In this document: positions 62,700 through 64,000 of the stretch, piece after piece
How the letters are laid out: the number at the start of each line of letters is the position of its first letter
How positions within the stretch are numbered: the stretch's first letter is position 1
Assembly (NCBI GenBank): GCA_963716725.1
Contig: CAVQUB010000002.1
Location: 64,001-128,000, forward strand
From: an uncultured delta proteobacterium
GTDB lineage: Bacteria > Myxococcota_A > Polyangia > Polyangiales > Polyangiaceae
Direction of reading: 5' to 3'
DNA length: 64,000 nt
Made by a program: the position numbers and the translations under genes
The notes under the pieces: model-generated
What the model was told of the DNA's origin: nothing
The model's input: the letters and a program-made list of their open reading frames with translations, nothing else
Database searches by the model: none

Positions 62700-64000
62700 A
62701 TGACCAAGCGCTCCCGCGACCGGCGACTGGCCCAGCTCAACGAGAACGCCTCGCCCTTCGCCCAGATCCGCCACCTGGGCACCACCGCCTTCGGTCCGGC
62801 CCTGAGTGTCGAGCGCTTTCGCTTCGGCAATGGGCTCGAGTTGCTCCTGTGCGAAGACCACTCCGCCCCGGTGGTCGCCTATCACACCTGGTACCGCGTG
62901 GGCTCGAGGCACGAGCGCCCGGGCAAGACCGGACTCGCGCACCTCTTCGAGCACCTGATGTTCAACGAGACCGAGCGCCTCGGGCCGGGGGAGTTCGACC
63001 GCAAGTTGGAGGAGGCGGGCGCCGAGAGCAACGCCGCCACCTGGCTCGACTGGACCCAATACAACATCGCGGTTCCGAAGCAGCAGCTCCCCCTCGTCGT
63101 CACCCTCGAGGCGGAGCGCATGTCTCGCCTGCTGCTCAAGGACCCGCAGGTGACCAGCGAGAAGGAGGTGGTCGCCAACGAGCGCCGCTACCGCGTGGAA
63201 GACGACGTCGAGGGCGCGGTCAGCGAGACGCTCTGGTCGACGGCCTTCCAGAGCCACGCCTACCAGTGGCCCACCATCGGTTGGATGGCGGACATCGAGG
63301 CGTTCACCACCGAGGACTGCCAGGATTTCTACCGGACCTATTACGCGCCGAACAACGCCAGCATCGTCGTCGTCGGCGACGTGACCGAGGCGGCGCTCCT
63401 GGCCAAGGTCCAGAAGGCCTACGGCCACCTCGCGCCCTCGACGTTGCCGCTCGAGGACGTGCGACCCGAGCCGCCGCAGACCGAAGAGCGCCGCCGCGAG
63501 CTCAGCAAGCCGACGGCCACCGAGAAGCTCGCGGTGGGCTACCACAGCCCGGCGATCGGAGACTTCGACCACCCGGCGCTGTCCCTCTTGTCCGAGGTCT
63601 TGTTCGGCGGGCGCGCCAGCCGCATGCACCAGGCCCTGGTGCGCAAGCTGGAGATCGCCTCCGAGGTTCGGGTGTTCGTCGGCCCGTTCCGCGACCCCGG
63701 TCTGACGGAAATCTACGCTTCGGCCCGCGGTACCCACACCGCCGAGACGCTGCTCGCGGAGATCGACCGCGAGATCGCCCGGGTCTGCGAAGAAGCGATC
63801 CCAGAGGCCGAGATCGAGCGAGCGCGTGCGCGCACGGAGCTGTCCCTCGTCGCTGGGCTCGAAAGCGCGGACGGCAAGGCCTCCACCATTGGCTTTTACG
63901 ACACGATCCTCGGGCGGCCGGGCGCGGCCTTCGAGCGGCTGGACGAGCTCTCCCGGGTGACCGCCAGCGATCTGCGCCGCGTGGCGCGGCGTTATCTGGT
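62700..64000 (+). CDS. M16 (pitrilysin-family) zinc peptidase, 3'-truncated by the window end
   Basis: Not in the ORF track; translated by hand: FGNGL, WYRVGSRHE, GLAHLFEHLMF (HxxEH), NAATWLDWT, EVVANERR, YYAPNNA. Confidence 0.9.
   Translation, partial: MTKRSRDRRLAQLNENASPFAQIRHLGTTAFGPALSVERFRFGNGLELLLCEDHSAPVVAYHTWYRVGSRHERPGKTGLAHLFEHLMFNETERLGPGEFDRKLEEAGAESNAATWLDWTQYNIAVPKQQLPLVVTLEAERMSRLLLKDPQVTSEKEVVANERRYRVEDDVEGAVSETLWSTAFQSHAYQWPTIGWMADIEAFTTEDCQDFYRTYYAPNNASIVVVGDVTEAALLAKVQKAYGHLAPSTLPLEDVRPEPPQTEERRRELSKPTATEKLAVGYHSPAIGDFDHPALSLLSEVLFGGRASRMHQALVRKLEIASEVRVFVGPFRDPGLTEIYASARGTHTAETLLAEIDREIARVCEEAIPEAEIERARARTELSLVAGLESADGKASTIGFYDTILGRPGAAFERLDELSRVTASDLRRVARRYL

Overview
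A very GC-rich bacterial chromosome segment. Gene content (AglRQS-like motor triplets, GYF- and Cys-rich lipoproteins, Dx[DN]xDG lipoproteins) suggests Myxococcota, probably Polyangiales; this is inferred, not searched. From left to right it carries: (1) an ethylmalonyl-CoA pathway cluster (meaB, ecm/meaA, ccr, mcd, mch) interrupted by a zinc-ribbon gene, clpS and clpA; (2) a tightly packed plus-strand run continuing through 5-oxoprolinase, an orphan ABC ATPase, iadA, cphB, cphA and a CphA paralog that lacks the whole ATP-grasp domain; (3) two divergent MotA/ExbB + 2x ExbD triplets followed by a full-length membrane pyrophosphatase homolog with most catalytic residues substituted; (4) a SWIM-SNF2 ATPase; (5) mreBCD-mrdA-rodA, a two-RRM RNA-binding protein, a lipid kinase and a NarK transporter with a sigma54-like promoter; (6) a GxxExxY gene bracketed by 28-bp inverted repeats; (7) a pepP-to-lgt operon, an alpha/beta hydrolase, a methyltransferase, a pseudouridine synthase, two Ca-motif lipoproteins, an RHH regulator, lepA and an M16 peptidase. 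Many single-base frameshifts, about 7 in mreB alone, look like long-read consensus errors. I saw no rRNA, tRNA or CRISPR array. Best novelty candidates are the pseudo-pyrophosphatase beside the double motor locus, the M-domain-only CphA partner and the repeat-flanked GxxExxY cassette. All family calls come from motif recognition by eye; no database search was run.
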